Below are positions 1 through 12,984 of a DNA stretch of 64,000 nt, in pieces. The stretch comes from Nemertoderma westbladi. Taxonomy: Eukaryota > Animalia > Xenacoelomorpha. A program made the translations under genes and the position numbers. Within the stretch, counting starts at the first letter, position 1; the number at the start of each line of letters is the position of its first letter. The stretch lies in NCBI GenBank assembly GCA_032718475.1, contig JAUCBJ010000225.1:10952-74951 (forward strand). The letters are read 5' to 3'. A model generated the notes under the pieces. The model was not told the origin of the DNA. It was given only the letters and a program-made list of their open reading frames with translations, and ran no database searches.

Positions 1-1054
1 ACCTGTCACAGCTTAGCCGTGATGATTCAGATTGCGACATCTAGCAGCTGGTTGCTGGCATGGAAACAGCCATTGGACGCATGGTTCTTTGTTTGGCTTG
101 AGCCAATCAGAGCGATTTTTTCTGTCGACGTGTAGATATTCAGCCGATGATACTAGGAGTGTTCAGTCTTACTGTTTTTTGTGATACCGTTTTGTTGTTG
201 CTATCTAGGCCAGGAACACCGGCTCTAGAGTCAATTCGTTTTCATACTTTAGAAGAAACATTAGTAGGCTTAAGATTATAGAGCGTATAACTGTTATCAG
301 TTCTTAACATATCATATCACATATCGGTCTTGTCACATCTTGTCATATCATATCTTAACCTACCGTCTTAATGCTGTTTACTGTTGTGTTTTGGTTGAAT
401 ATTATTTGGAGAACATATATAAAGAACCCAAATTTCCCAATTTTCTTGATACACTACAGGTTAGAGAGACGGGTTATATATAGCGATTGCGACTTATATT
501 ATTGTGGTATGTAGTGAATTTAATGCTATTTGATAAGCCCTACATGAGTCCATTGCTGTTCGCTTTATATATGATAAAATTCATTGACGGTCGGCAAATT
601 AGTGAGCAGTATTGTGTGTTACCGGTAGTGTGCATGATTGTGACTGATAACTAAGCATTTCCTAAAGAATGCGCCTCATACGTGAATCATAAGCCTTACC
701 GACTTACCGTTGTGATTAGTATAAGTCATATCTCTGTTTACCTAGATAGAGCGCCACGTCCTGAAGGAACTGTTAATATTTCCCGAAAGTGAATAATATT
801 AGTCAGAAATTAATTATTAACTATCAATCGAATAATACAATACAGTAAGCTTACACTGCAATAATAATCTAAGCCCTCAGAATCCAGTCTCCTGGGTATA
901 TCCAGCGGGTGAATGGACGCGCACTAGGCTGGCTTCTGCTAATGTTGTGTTTATTGGTATTAAATATTTGTCATCTTCTAAAGTCTATTTATAAACCAAA
1001 AGACATATAAATTTTGGCAGGTTAAACTGCTAAAGGTCTTCAAAAGCGCGTATA
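1..1054 (+). repeat. E1 5' LTR (first ~212 nt outside window)
   Basis: Near-identical to the 3' LTR; ends ...AAAAGCGCGTATA (other copies end GTACA). CCAAT motif near 101-110. Confidence 0.95.
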
Positions 1055-1065
1055 ATAACAGTTAT
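1055..1065 (+). promoter_or_regulatory. Non-canonical primer-binding site, candidate self-priming PBS (ATAACAGTTAT)
   Basis: Directly abuts the LTR end with no TGG nearby. Exact reverse complement ATAACTGTTAT at 287-297. Same arrangement in E2 (17297-17307 vs 16547-16557). Confidence 0.6.
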
Positions 1066-1121
1066 TGACTTTATTGCAGTAAGCAATAAAGTTGAAAGTA
1101 CCGGTCGGCCGGTAAACCTGA

Positions 1122-1250
1122 ACCGGTACTTCTGTAGGTCAGTAGGCCCAACTGCCAGAACCGGTACTGCTCTAGGTCCGTAGGTCCAACTGCCAGAACC
1201 GGCACTTCTGTAAGTCCGTAGGCCCAACTGTCCTAACCGGTACTTCCAGT
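1122..1250 (+). repeat. 38-bp tandem repeat (~3.4 copies) in the E1 leader
   Basis: Unit AACCGGTACTTCTGTAGGTCAGTAGGCCCAACTGCCAG; also in E2 at ~17364-17490. Confidence 0.85.
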
Positions 1251-1429
1251 ATAAGTACATTAGTATTATTCGATTTTGATTATTGTATACCGGTAGGTCT
1301 CGATATTAAATCGGGGACGCCTGGTTTTTATTGGGATTTTACTTAGGTCTATTTCTGTCAGTTTTATTTCCTAGTAAGTTAATATTGAGCTGAAGACGTG
1401 TAAGTCTGCTCAGATTGTTCAGATAACTG

Positions 1430-2000
1430 TAGGCCGGACTGTTGTCGGATTGTTGTTGGGTTTGGAGAGATTACGGCGTGTGTAGAGTTTGTCCGATAGA
1501 GTGCCAGTTAGTAAGTTGGGGCAGCCATAGCTGTAAGGTCAATCCCCTATTAAAGAATAAGTCGTACTACCGTGTTAGAACGCATACTAACTAACCATTT
1601 TGGAATCTGCACATACTGTAGTTTATTTAGGCTTGACAGTATTCTGCCAGCGTTTTGGCCTGTGTTAGTTTGTGTGGTCTGTTCAGGTACCGTAATAGTT
1701 ATTACTCAGATATTTTGTAGGCTGGATTGTTGTCTAGCTATTATTAGGTCTGAAGAGATTGCTGCGTGTGTAGAGTTTGTCCGATAGAGTGCCAGTTAGT
1801 AAGTTGGGGCAGCCATAGCTGTAAGGTCAATCCCCTCTTAAAGAATAAGTCGTCCTACCGTGTTAGAACGCATACTAACTAACCATTTTGGAATCTGCAC
1901 ATACAGTAGTTTATTTAGGCTTGGTGGTAGTCTGCCAGCGTTTTGGTTTATATTTGTTTGAGTATTCTGTACGGGTAGCGTAATATTTATTATTCAGAGT
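1430..2000 (+). repeat. 288-bp tandem duplication in the leader
   Basis: GCGTGTGTAGAGTTTGTCCGATAGAGTGCC at 1476 and 1764; also in the E2 leader and in the inverted leader of E3. Confidence 0.85.
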
Positions 2001-3290
2001 TTATGCGATTATTCGCAACATTCATGTCCCCAAGTTTATTCCTACAGTAATTGTGCTTGTTATACATACTGTTATAGTTAAATTAACCCCGGTACTACAC
2101 GGGCTGCTTGGCGTAGGAAAAGACTGGTGACTTTGTGCTTCGGTCACTCCAGCAGATGCCGTGGTTCTTTTAACTGTTCAAGTATATTTAACTACTGATT
2201 ATTTGTTGTACCAGTACTTGTACCTAATTTAGGGTTTAGTGTACAGTGCTTTCCGAAAGTAATTAGTGTGTAGTCAGTATATTTGTGTTGTAAAGTGGTT
2301 AATAGGCACGCTGGATCTGGTAGTCCGCGGTAATTAACTTCTAGGTAGGAACACTCCGTGATACATAACGTAGTACCTATAGCGATACGGTTATAGGTCG
2401 TCAGGCGGTGGTATTTTCCTATCTGGACAGTGCAATATATTTACTACTACTTATTATTTTCAAATACCGTAGTACCCTGTCCGTTGTAACAAACCGAATT
2501 CTAACCCTTTGTTAGACTGGTTTGTAGACTTCCTGTAAAATTACCCTAAAAATTCGTACGTAATATTTTTGTTGTGTTTAATTAGAGAATTAATCTCACC
2601 CGTATCGTAAGTAATTTGTAGTATTAAGTAACTTAGGTAAATTAGAATTATCAGTTTTAGTGTCCAATAAATAGCACTTCACTGAGAGCGCACAGCTTCT
2701 GTGTAATGACTTCCCCCAGAAATAATAACATTTATTTCAAATATTGAAAAAACCCATTTTAAACGGGTATATAAATATTATAAATCAACTCAAACGATTT
2801 ATAAATAGTAGGCCTGCCATACAACAACTAGGTCTCAATATCAGTTGGACTACTGCTTAAATAACGGTAATAAAGTAAGTTAAAGTAACCAAGTAACCCT
2901 AAAATATTCAGAAATTCAATTATTCTAAAATAATTGACATACCGGTATTTACCATAGGCTTATTATATTTATTTCTATAAATTTGAGCTAAAATCATACC
3001 GGTATTCTGTAATTAATTCTAGTTCATAATTATACTTATATATACTATAAGTGTACGCTGCATACCGGTATTCACGATAGGCCTATTATATATTTATATA
3101 TATTTGTGCTAAAATTATATACCGGTACTCTGTGACAAACCTAGTTACAATACTTATATATACTATAAGTGTATACCGGTATTCTAATATACTGCAATAA
3201 ATTACCGGTACTAGGCCAACGGTCATACTGAATTACTAGACTTGCTTTAACTGTAACTATAGCAGTAAGCATTCAACTGTATAGCTAAAC

Positions 3291-6200
3291 ATGTCTGACA
3301 CTCAGCAAAACCTGTCAGACAGTCTAATCGATACAACCATCTGTGACACAGATAGGAGTGTGGAGCGATTAAGAAAGGAGTTCAGCTCACCTCCTACTGA
3401 AAGAAAGGTCATCCCTCCAGTAGTAGTATCAGACCCTAAGCTAATCCAACACCGTAGGTCTATCATCGGCACTCGGGCCCAAGTCAAACGGAACCAGGAA
3501 GCAGCTGTCCCACAGCAGCAACAGCCTAGTCAAGAAACTTGTTCCCAGCGATCTGATAGCTCCAGTAGTTCGGATACTGTCGAACTGACCCCCGAACGCA
3601 GATTGCAGATGGCGGCTAAAGCCTACTCGGACCCCCTTCTCACCCTTCCTGCCGCAGTGCTAATTACTATATTGATTGCGGTGGAGGAACATCAAGCCGA
3701 TTGGGCGAGAAATAAGCGAGCAACCCAAGATAATTATGCGGGATACGCCAGGGAAGAATTGATGTCTATTGTCGAGTCACAATGGAACTTTCCCGGACCC
3801 GGACTCCCGTTAGATCTGTCCGAGGCTACTTGGGAAGATATACACAGGATGGGAGTGGCTAAAGATACTATGGATCCAGCTGTTTGGAAGAGGTCGGCAG
3901 CAGGATATGTGCAGGGATTCTTCGGCTCCTTAGAGCGATTAGAAGAACAACTGTTTCGACAACCCCAAGGACCTCAAGAGCAGGAAGAACTGCTATATCA
4001 AGTACGCGAAAGAACCCTACGCATTCGACTAATCCTATCAGCTTTTGAGGAAACTTCCAAAAGAAGACAGGACACGTCGCTGCAGGTTGCTGTCAAAACT
4101 TGGTTCCAGCGGGTAGGTCTCAAAGTACAAGAAACAGACCAGTGGAAATCCCAGTTGTCTGAGAGACTAACCTATGACGAACCAACCGATGTCACCCTTC
4201 CTCAAGTGGAAGGCGAAGAGACCGCAGAGAGACCACGAACGAGAGACGCCATCGACATTTATCTGTCCGACTATCAGCGATTCCTAGGAGACGAAGAGTT
4301 GAGGAGACGGCTGTCTGGACTTTCCCCTAATAGTGAAGGAACCCAGCGTGTGTTAGACTCAATCGATGCTGAAATGTTAGCGGCTAACCAAGCTGAGTTT
4401 GATGAAAAACTTCGCCTCACTAGAGTCCAAGAAGAACTAGTAAAGAAAAAACGGATAGAAGACCGAAAGGCAGCTGCAGTAACAGCGGCAATGGCCGAAG
4501 TGGAAGCGGAAAGAAAAGCAGCGGCGGCAGAAGCAGAAGTAGAAAGAAAAGCAGCAGAAGCAGAAAAAAAGGCAGCAAAGGCAGTGGCAGAAGCAGAACG
4601 GAGAGCCTCTGAGGAGACTACCCAACTGGAGTTAGAAAATCTGCAAGAGATGCAAGACAACATAAATAAACAGTTAACTGCTAGTCGAATGCAGATGATG
4701 AGACGATCTACTCCAAAACGCCAGGGATACACGTCATCAGAGGAAAGCGAAACCACCGATCCTGAAGGCGGCGGAAATAGATCTCGTCTAAGCAGGCGTA
4801 GAAAAACATCTCACCGCCACAAATTGCCTGATTTGCCCCCGGCGGTTAGAAGACAACTAACTAGCACAGACTTAGGTAGTACAGAACCCACAGAACAAAT
4901 TATTCAGGTCAAAAGACTCCCTACAATAGTTGATGAGCCTGAAATAATTAGGCTTGTCGTTCCCAAAGCAACTTCTGTGCTAGAGACCCCTGTACTTCCA
5001 GAGCTTAACTCTAAATTCCCTTTACATAGTACTACACTGCCTGTACCCGGTAGAACAGTCCATGAGAATATCCCTGTCCTGGAAGCTGAGAGAGAAATCA
5101 AAGATTTGTCTCCCGTCGTCCCACGTCAGCCCGCTACAATGTTGGCGACTCCCGCTTCGGCGGTCGAGTGGGTAGAAGAGGGACGGCGGGGGATGAATCT
5201 CCTGCTCGGACAGATGCAGGAGACTGTCTACCAACTTAAGGGAACAGTAAGGGAAGGTAGGGCCGAATTGCAAGAAGTGCAGCAAAGTATCGCGCTAGAA
5301 CGCGACAAATTAGTCAATATCCAAAAGGGAATACCAATACCCCCTGTAAAATTGTGTCAACCTGTTAGGTCTGAAGTAGTACATGCGCAAGGTGTGGAGC
5401 CTACATGCATCTATACTGCTAGTGAAGTAGAAACTCCTATAGCAAACCCTATTAAGGGTGATTATAGACCTGTTATTAATGATATCCCTTATAGACCTGA
5501 CAATGATCCGAGAAATTTATATAACGATAATTCGATATTAAATAACACGATGGCACAAGAAAGCTTTACGCGTCAGATGGCTAGAACAGAAGCCCGCCAA
5601 GCGGTCAAAGTGGGAGAGATCGTTAAATTCAATGGAGATGAGATGAAATGGCTACCTTTCAATGAATATTACAAAGATAGCATACAAAACTCTGTACTAT
5701 CTAACGGAGAGAAACTTAGGTTCCTCATCAAGTGATTGGAAGGACCTCCCAGGTTAATGGCGTTAAAGTTTATTGGACATCCAGAAGGATTAAGACAAGT
5801 ATGGGATACATTAAACATCAGGTATGGTAACAAGGATAACATAGCTAAGTATTTGTATGCAAAATTAGTAGCCCCCCGACACTTCCTTAGTAGCGGGATT
5901 ATAGAGTTTTCCGATGAAATTCAGGAGATCTGTAGACAATTGGACTGGTTAGGTAAGTCTCATGAATATCAGAGTTCCATGGTTATTGGAGCAGTAGTCT
6001 CTACTTTACCAAAGGGTGGAGTATGTACACGTTGGGACAAGAAAGTGTTGTACATGAATGAACAACAACGACGAAACCCTACCATGACTGATCTCATGTC
6101 CTTCTTAGATGGTGAAGTAAAACTACAACTCATCAAGCAGTCCAGAGAGAAAACATCGGAAAATAAGGTAAGTGAGAAACCCGCTTCTAGGAGAAGAGTA

Positions 6201-9200
6201 ACACCGGTGTGTTACACTGACGACGGCGAAAGCCAAGCTTCTCAAGAAGAGGACAGCGGGAAAGACATTGAGAGATCTTACTACGTTGGAAAAACCTCAA
6301 AAGATGTAAGTAAATACAAGGCTCGAAACAATGATAGGAGAGAACAGGTTGTCAAGACCCCTCCTCAGTCTCCTAACAGAATGCACCGAAGAAAACCCGA
6401 AGAAAAAACGAGAGTGCATCAAGTTACCCAAGGTAAAGTGAGTAACATAAAACCTAACTGTGCGTTGTGCGACGGGACCCACCGTTTGAGTGCGTGTGCT
6501 GAATTTCTAAAGAAATCCCTTGTAGACAGACGTGCAGTCGTATGGGACAAGCGGTTATGCTATAATTGCCTCAGACCAGGACACCAACGGCGAACCTGTT
6601 ACTCCGATATAAAGTGTGCAAAGTGTGGCGCGAAACATCACATCTTGTTACACAGTGAGTTCGAACGAGACAAACTGAGTCAGGTAAGTGAGCCCGAACT
6701 ACATGTCCAATTCAGTGATGTAAACGACACTGATCAAGAATCTGAGATGGAAGGATTCTATACTGACGAATTCTCCGACGCCAACGAATCCTGTTATCTA
6801 ATCAATACCACAGTGTATCGAGCACTTACTTATGAAAAGGACACCAACGATGAGTTTCCCCCAACTACTTTTGCCAAACAACCATCTTGGAAAGCTCCAA
6901 CTTCCAACGTAGGAATCAGAGAATTTCCTGTAGTGCAGGTAAGAGTTCACGGTCTTAACAAAAGTTACATAGTGAACGCCCTCCTTGACTCCGGCAGCAC
7001 AGGAACATTCATCGATCAAGAACTAGCCGAAGATATCTTTGCTGGACAACCCAAGTTCCGGACTAAATTGAATATGTCAGGAATTATGCAGGTTTGGAAA
7101 TCTACCCTAACGGCAGATTACTATGTAGGTGTGTTGTCCACCCCCCAGGATAAGTTAGGAGCACAAGGTATAAGGTCGGTAAAAATGGTGGCTATAAAGA
7201 ACTTCGCTACTACTCAAGCAGACCTTTATAATTGGGACGAGGATGAGAGCATCCAACATCTTAAGATACCTCGATTCCAGACAGATTATCCTGGAGTGCA
7301 AATACTCATCGGCCAAAACGCGCATGAGGCGCTCGAAACATTGGAGAAACGGCCTGCTCAACCACAACCACTGCAAACCTATGCGGTAAGAACTAGAGTA
7401 GGTTGGTACTTTACTGGCCCTTCCCGCAGGACTCTCGCAGAGAGAATGCCACAAGAACAAACATACCAAGTAAACGATTGGGAAGTGGAGAGCAGTGAGG
7501 TGGACGAACTAACTGAGGGAATACCATACTCCTCAGATAATGACGACATCTACCAACTCTTCGATGAAGAGAACACAATCGACCTACTTACAGAAACCCA
7601 AACTTGGAAAAATCAGGTGAACCTATGTCAACTGATTCGCCCATCGGAACCCATCGCTTACAATGACGAACTCAACGATGAGATAGAGCGCTACAACGCT
7701 AGAACTCGGGACGAACTAGCCGTACGATTCTTTACTCAGGAACTGGTAGAGCCCAATTCATATGATAAGGCTCTATCGATAGAAGAAGAAAGAGCCAAGC
7801 AAATCCAGGAAACAACTACACGTTTTTTAAAGGATCAAGGTAGATATGAAATCGGCCTACCATTTCGAAAACGAGAACCTAGATTTATAAATAACAGACC
7901 CTTGGCAGAGAAAAGAATCGCTCAATTACATCGACGCCTTACAGCTAATGCTTCAGCGAAAGAAATGTACCAAATTCAGCTGAAGAAATTTGTAACAAAG
8001 GGATACGCGGAGCGAGTACCGGAAGGAACACCAGTGACTGAGAGAACGTATTACTTAACACATCATTACGTTCCCAAACCCGGTAAACCACACGAAGTAC
8101 GAGTCGTATTCGATGGCTCCGCCCTATATATGGGCGGAGACTCAATTCCGAGTTGTTACCAGGACCCAACTTACTCCAATCTTTGTTGGGAATACTTTTA
8201 AGATTAAGACAATATTCCATCGCGTTCGCCTCAGACATAGAGGGAATGTTCTTACAAGTCAAGGCGCTGGATAGAGATAGAGACAGCCTGAGATTTCTGT
8301 GGTGGCCTGAAGGAGACCTCAATCAGAAACCGGTAGAGTACTGGATGACCATCCAGGCTTTTGGAATCATATCAAGCCCTTCCAACGCCTGCTCCGTGGT
8401 GCGAACCACTGCGAATGACAACCGAGACTCCTTCTCAAAAGAAGTGATAGACAACATAAAACGCAATATATACATGGACGACAATTTAAGGTCCCTTCCA
8501 TCAGTAGAAGAAGCCATAGCTGTCGCGAAAGGAATGGTAGATTGTTTGAAAAGAGGTGGATTTCGACTGACGAAATTCACTAGCAACTCCCGTGAGTTTC
8601 TGGAAGCCATACCGGTAGAAGACCGAGGAACGAAAGACCTAGACTTAATAAAGGACGATCTTCCTGAAACCAAGACGCTTGGCTTGAAGTGGGACACTGA
8701 AAGAGACATCCTGTTTTTTCAGTTAAAACAGCGAGATAATCCAGTTCGGACCAAACGGATTTGTTTAAGTATCCTGAGCACTTATTTCGACCCATTGGGA
8801 TTTATTAGCCCAGTTATATTGATTGCTCGGAGTTTAGTACAACAAATGTGGCTTGAAAACCACTCATGGGACGATCCGCTTAAGGGTGAACTGTTAAAGA
8901 AATGGATGAAATGGGAAGATTCTCTACCTGCCATCGAGAACTTTATAATTTCCCGTACCTATTTTGGCCATGTTCTTCCTACGTATTCCTATCAACTCCA
9001 TGTGTTTGGAGACGCCAGCGACATGGGAATAGGTATAGTAGCATATCTGCGAGTCGAAACTCCGGATGGGATCAAAGTCGCCTTGGTTACCTCTAAGGCA
9101 TTGATTAACAACAAGTTAAAGGTTCCTCGAGCGGAGTTAAAGGCAGCTTTATACGCTACAGCCATCGGACGGAACGTAACAGAACAAATCGACTATCCAC

Positions 9201-11355
9201 TGGAGAAAACTGTTTATTGGACCGACGCTTTACTCGTGTTGGAGTATCTAACCAATGAAGTCTGTCAGTTCAGCGTTTTTGTTACTAACAGAGTAGCTAT
9301 TATTCTTAGTCGCACAAAGATAGATCAATGGAGACATTGCCCTGGTACGATTAATCCAGCCGATATCGCCTCCAGGGGAGCAACTCCACAGGAACTGATA
9401 GATACTCCAGATTGGTTGGGTGGACCCGACTTCCTGAGCAAGGAAGAGGATGAATGGCCTCCTCACCTTACTACGGCAGAGATTAGACAAGCCAAGGGAG
9501 CGGAGACAGTCAAACCTAAAACCCGGGCGAGTAAATCGAAGTTATTTAAACCGACTATCGATCTATCTGTATTACATGCTTCCGGGAATGATGCTTCGGA
9601 TCCACAATCCCTCAACACAAAAAAGTCTGTTGTGGAAATTAGAGATAGAGATTGGAAATCTGGAATACCAGACGTCTCGCAAGGAATCTCACCCAGGCTG
9701 CAGAGAGCAATGCATCATTACAGTTCCTGGAATCGGCTCTGTAAAGCCGTCACATATTTAAGACGATGTTTTCATCATCACACTCTAGGACGAAGACCAC
9801 TAGTGATAACGCTCCATTGACATCTGCACAAGTTCATGTTATTAAAAATTTACCCAAATATAAGACATCTGACCGTTTTCTAAAGGAGAAAATTAGTCAC
9901 CAGGAGCATGAAGAAACCAATAAGCAGATACTGAGACTCCTGCAATGCTATGAGGATTCCGAAAAGTATTTCCTGTTGTTGAGAAATCCGCAGATGCGCT
10001 TAAGGGATCGATTCTCGAGCACAATGATAGATGGGTTAATACGTGTTGGAGGAAGACTCACCAATGCGCCCTTATCCTTTGACACCAAATTCCCCATACT
10101 TATTAGAAATCTTGAAGTACAAATCAAGATGATTGTAGATGTTCACAGTAAACTTTATCATGCTGGTAGAGAACGAATTCTTAGCGAAATTCGAACTCGC
10201 TATTATTTTGATAAACCCCGTAGAGCTCTGAACCAAGTTCTTAGGAACTGCATACCCTGTAGGAAAGCATTCAGTAGGCCTTTAACACAGCGAGAGGCAG
10301 AATTACCTAGGGAACGAGTAAGCTTCTATGAACCACCTTTTACTAATACTGGTGTAGATTTATTTGGCCCTATTGAAGTATATCGTGCTAGGACTATAGT
10401 CAAGAGATGGTGTGTCATCTTCGTGTGCATGACTTGTAGAGCCATCCATCTCGATATGGTGAACGATCTATCTACCAACAGCTTCGTCTTAAGTTTACGA
10501 CGACAGATCGCTCGCTTCGGGACGAGTAATACCATGAGATCGGATAAGGGAACGAACTTCATTGGTGCCAACAACGAAATACAGGCTTACGTGAAGGACT
10601 GGAACCAAAGACAGGTGGACGACCAGCTAAGGATAACAGCGTCTAGCTGGACCTTCAACGCCGCCGACGCCCCTTGGTGGGGAGGAAGTTGGGAGAGATT
10701 AATTCGAAGTGTCAAAACCGCATTTCACTTTATAGTGCCATGCCGCGCGTATCTCACCGACGAACTTTTGCGGACGTTAATGGAGGAAATCGCTGCCTAT
10801 CTCAACGAGAGACCGCTTATGCCAGTCTCATCGAGTCCCGATTCCCTGGAAGCGCTAACACCCGCGCACTTCCTACTGAAGAAACCTGTAGCCATGCTCC
10901 CACGATCGGAGATTGCCGACGGAGACGAATACTGCCGTCGAACTAGGCAACTTATGCAGTTGCTATCCCGTCGTTTCGCTGACCATTTCGAGAAACATTA
11001 TCTGCCCACGCTACAACTTCGAACTAAGTGGTTTGCGCAGCAAGAAAACGTCAGCGCCGGAGATATGGTGCTTATTGTAGATCCAGACCTCCCACGTAAA
11101 CGGTGGCAGACAGGTCGTATCATCGAGACCCACATCTCAGATGATGGTTTAGTACGCTCGGTAGAACTCATCGTCATGCGGCGTAACTTCAAGAAGCCAG
11201 GCATAATCTTTGAGATGCAACAACTCAATCGCCCAGTTGGTCGTTTATGTTTACTGGAAAGAGACAGAGAACTCTCCGGAAACTATGGAAGGCAAGACAC
11301 TCTTCCCACGACCACCTCCCTAATTCCTCAAACATCTAGGGACTCCCCCACGTGA
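3291..11355 (+). pseudogene. gag-pol: BEL/Pao gag-pol polyprotein (Gag, 3x Cys/His knuckle, aspartic protease, RT, RNase H, integrase) with one nonsense codon and two frameshifts
   Basis: Gag KFNGDEMKWLPF...EKLRFL. BEL-type triple knuckle CALCDGTHRLSAC / CYNCLRPGHQRRTC / CAKCGAKHHILLH. Protease LLDSGST. RT RVVFDGS, DIEGMFLQV, YMDD. RNase H LHVFGDAS, PRAEL, NPADIASRG. Integrase H..H..CIPC, GVDLFGP, SDKGTNF, WWGGSWERL. TGA at 5733-5735 is TGC in E2. Frame changes near 8130 and 9766. Confidence 0.95.
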
Positions 11356-11893
11356 TACGTCTGGAGTGGGTGTATGACTATATTATTTTATCTATTTTGT
11401 TATATTTTTATATGCGAACTTTATTATGTACTTTATTATAATCGTTTTTATTCAATTTTATTTAGTAGAATGTTATTTTAGTGATTATTTAGTAGATTAG
11501 TGCCATATATTAGTGTTTATTACGTACGTAATTACTTATAATATATATTTAGTGCGACGGCGAGAAAATAATTATTTTTCTCTTTCCTTACTGTCCGTAT
11601 CATATTATAAATACGTGACTACAGTAAGATGAAATGTCCGTACTTCTTAAAGTACAATTAAAGCCACTACTATATTCAAGTATTATTGGTAGGCAGAGTA
11701 TTAGGAATGCAAAGTTCAGATCCTCGTGTCTCGGCTAAACCAAGCTCTGGGTAGACCTTGGAAACGACTTGCCTCTTCACACTGACATTGCTTCGTGCGA
11801 TATTGCTCTTCTACCTTATATTAAATAATACATATAGTAGCGTGATGTCCATATAACAGTAGCGTAAAACGCAAATAAATCTGTTAAACCTTT

Positions 11894-12175
11894 TGACCAT
11901 CTGTAATTCTAGTCGATTAAGATATCGCGGCACCCACCGATATACTTGAAAGACCAATTCTAGAATCAGTGGTTAACATCCCCAGACAAGTTCTGGAATA
12001 AATCGGTGCCCATCTTAAATATTAATTTAATATTTATTAAAATCTGTAAAATTCAGATCCGTTAACAATTCTAGTCGATTAAGATATCGTAGCACTTCCC
12101 GATACTCTTAGAAGACAAATTTCATAGAATTAAGGATCCTATGTCCCCAGACCTGCTCTGGGATCAAATTGTGTC
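11894..12175 (+). other. Two diverged ~120-nt direct repeats with a shared predicted RNA fold in the pol-ORF2 spacer
   Basis: AATTCTAGTCGATTAAGATATCG...CGATA...CTT..AAGAC...TAGAAT...CCCAGA...TCTGG at 11894-12011 and 12056-12175. Retained in E2 (~24297-24578) and E3 (~53914-54196, minus strand). Confidence 0.7.
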
Positions 12176-12984
12176 AATTATTAACATCAAATAATAAAAT
12201 TGACGGGAATAAATTCAAATTCATATTTTAAATGAATTTCATAAATTGTCATTTTGTACAATTTATAACATTCCCAAAATTCCCTTAATTAATAGATCAT
12301 GGGAGCGGAGATTCATCCTATTGAGTGTATTAGAGTGCGAGAATCTCCGACATATAGTCAATAGCCAATAAAATTAATAAAATCATGTATAAAGAGGATA
12401 TTGACAATTAAAGAATTACTATTAAATAGCATTCCAGATCTGTATGCATGAGAATTACCCTAATTCTACCGCTAGCTTTCCATAATGTCACCATAGCAAC
12501 ACCCACGCTAGAATTAGAAGCAAGTTAAAAGAACAATAGAAAGCTTGTCACATTGCATAGCATAGAGAATACATAGCACACTGTTAGTATCCAAGGATAC
12601 ACAGTAATAACGTGACATTCTGGAAGGCACTGACTAACGGACAAATGACCTGTATGTGTACAATTGGTGACAGTTGTATGGAATTTGTGCGTTTATAGGT
12701 GAATGTTACTGCTAAAGTATGTTTACAGTAGCTAGTCGCAATTGTAAAAATAGCCCAACTCTCCTATAGAAAGAACCTAAGTGGATCCAAGCCTTTGGGA
12801 CGGACAGTGGAGTGACTTGTGCCGGTTATCGTTGTCGTGCTGTTGCTACATGTTGGCGTAAACACCGCGACGACGGTACATCGGCGCTGAGAATCCCACT
12901 GTCCGGGGGCAAAGAGAAGTAGGCAGCGACGCCCGCTCGCCTAAATACAAACTTATTTGATATTAATAAACTCAGATAGCAGAT

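Noticed and set aside
5733-9820. Programmed read-through or frameshifts in gag-pol
   Set aside because: The stop is TGC in E2 and falls inside the Gag domain. The frame changes fall within or next to conserved domains with no slippery site, and BEL/Pao elements normally have one ORF. They are mutations or sequence errors.
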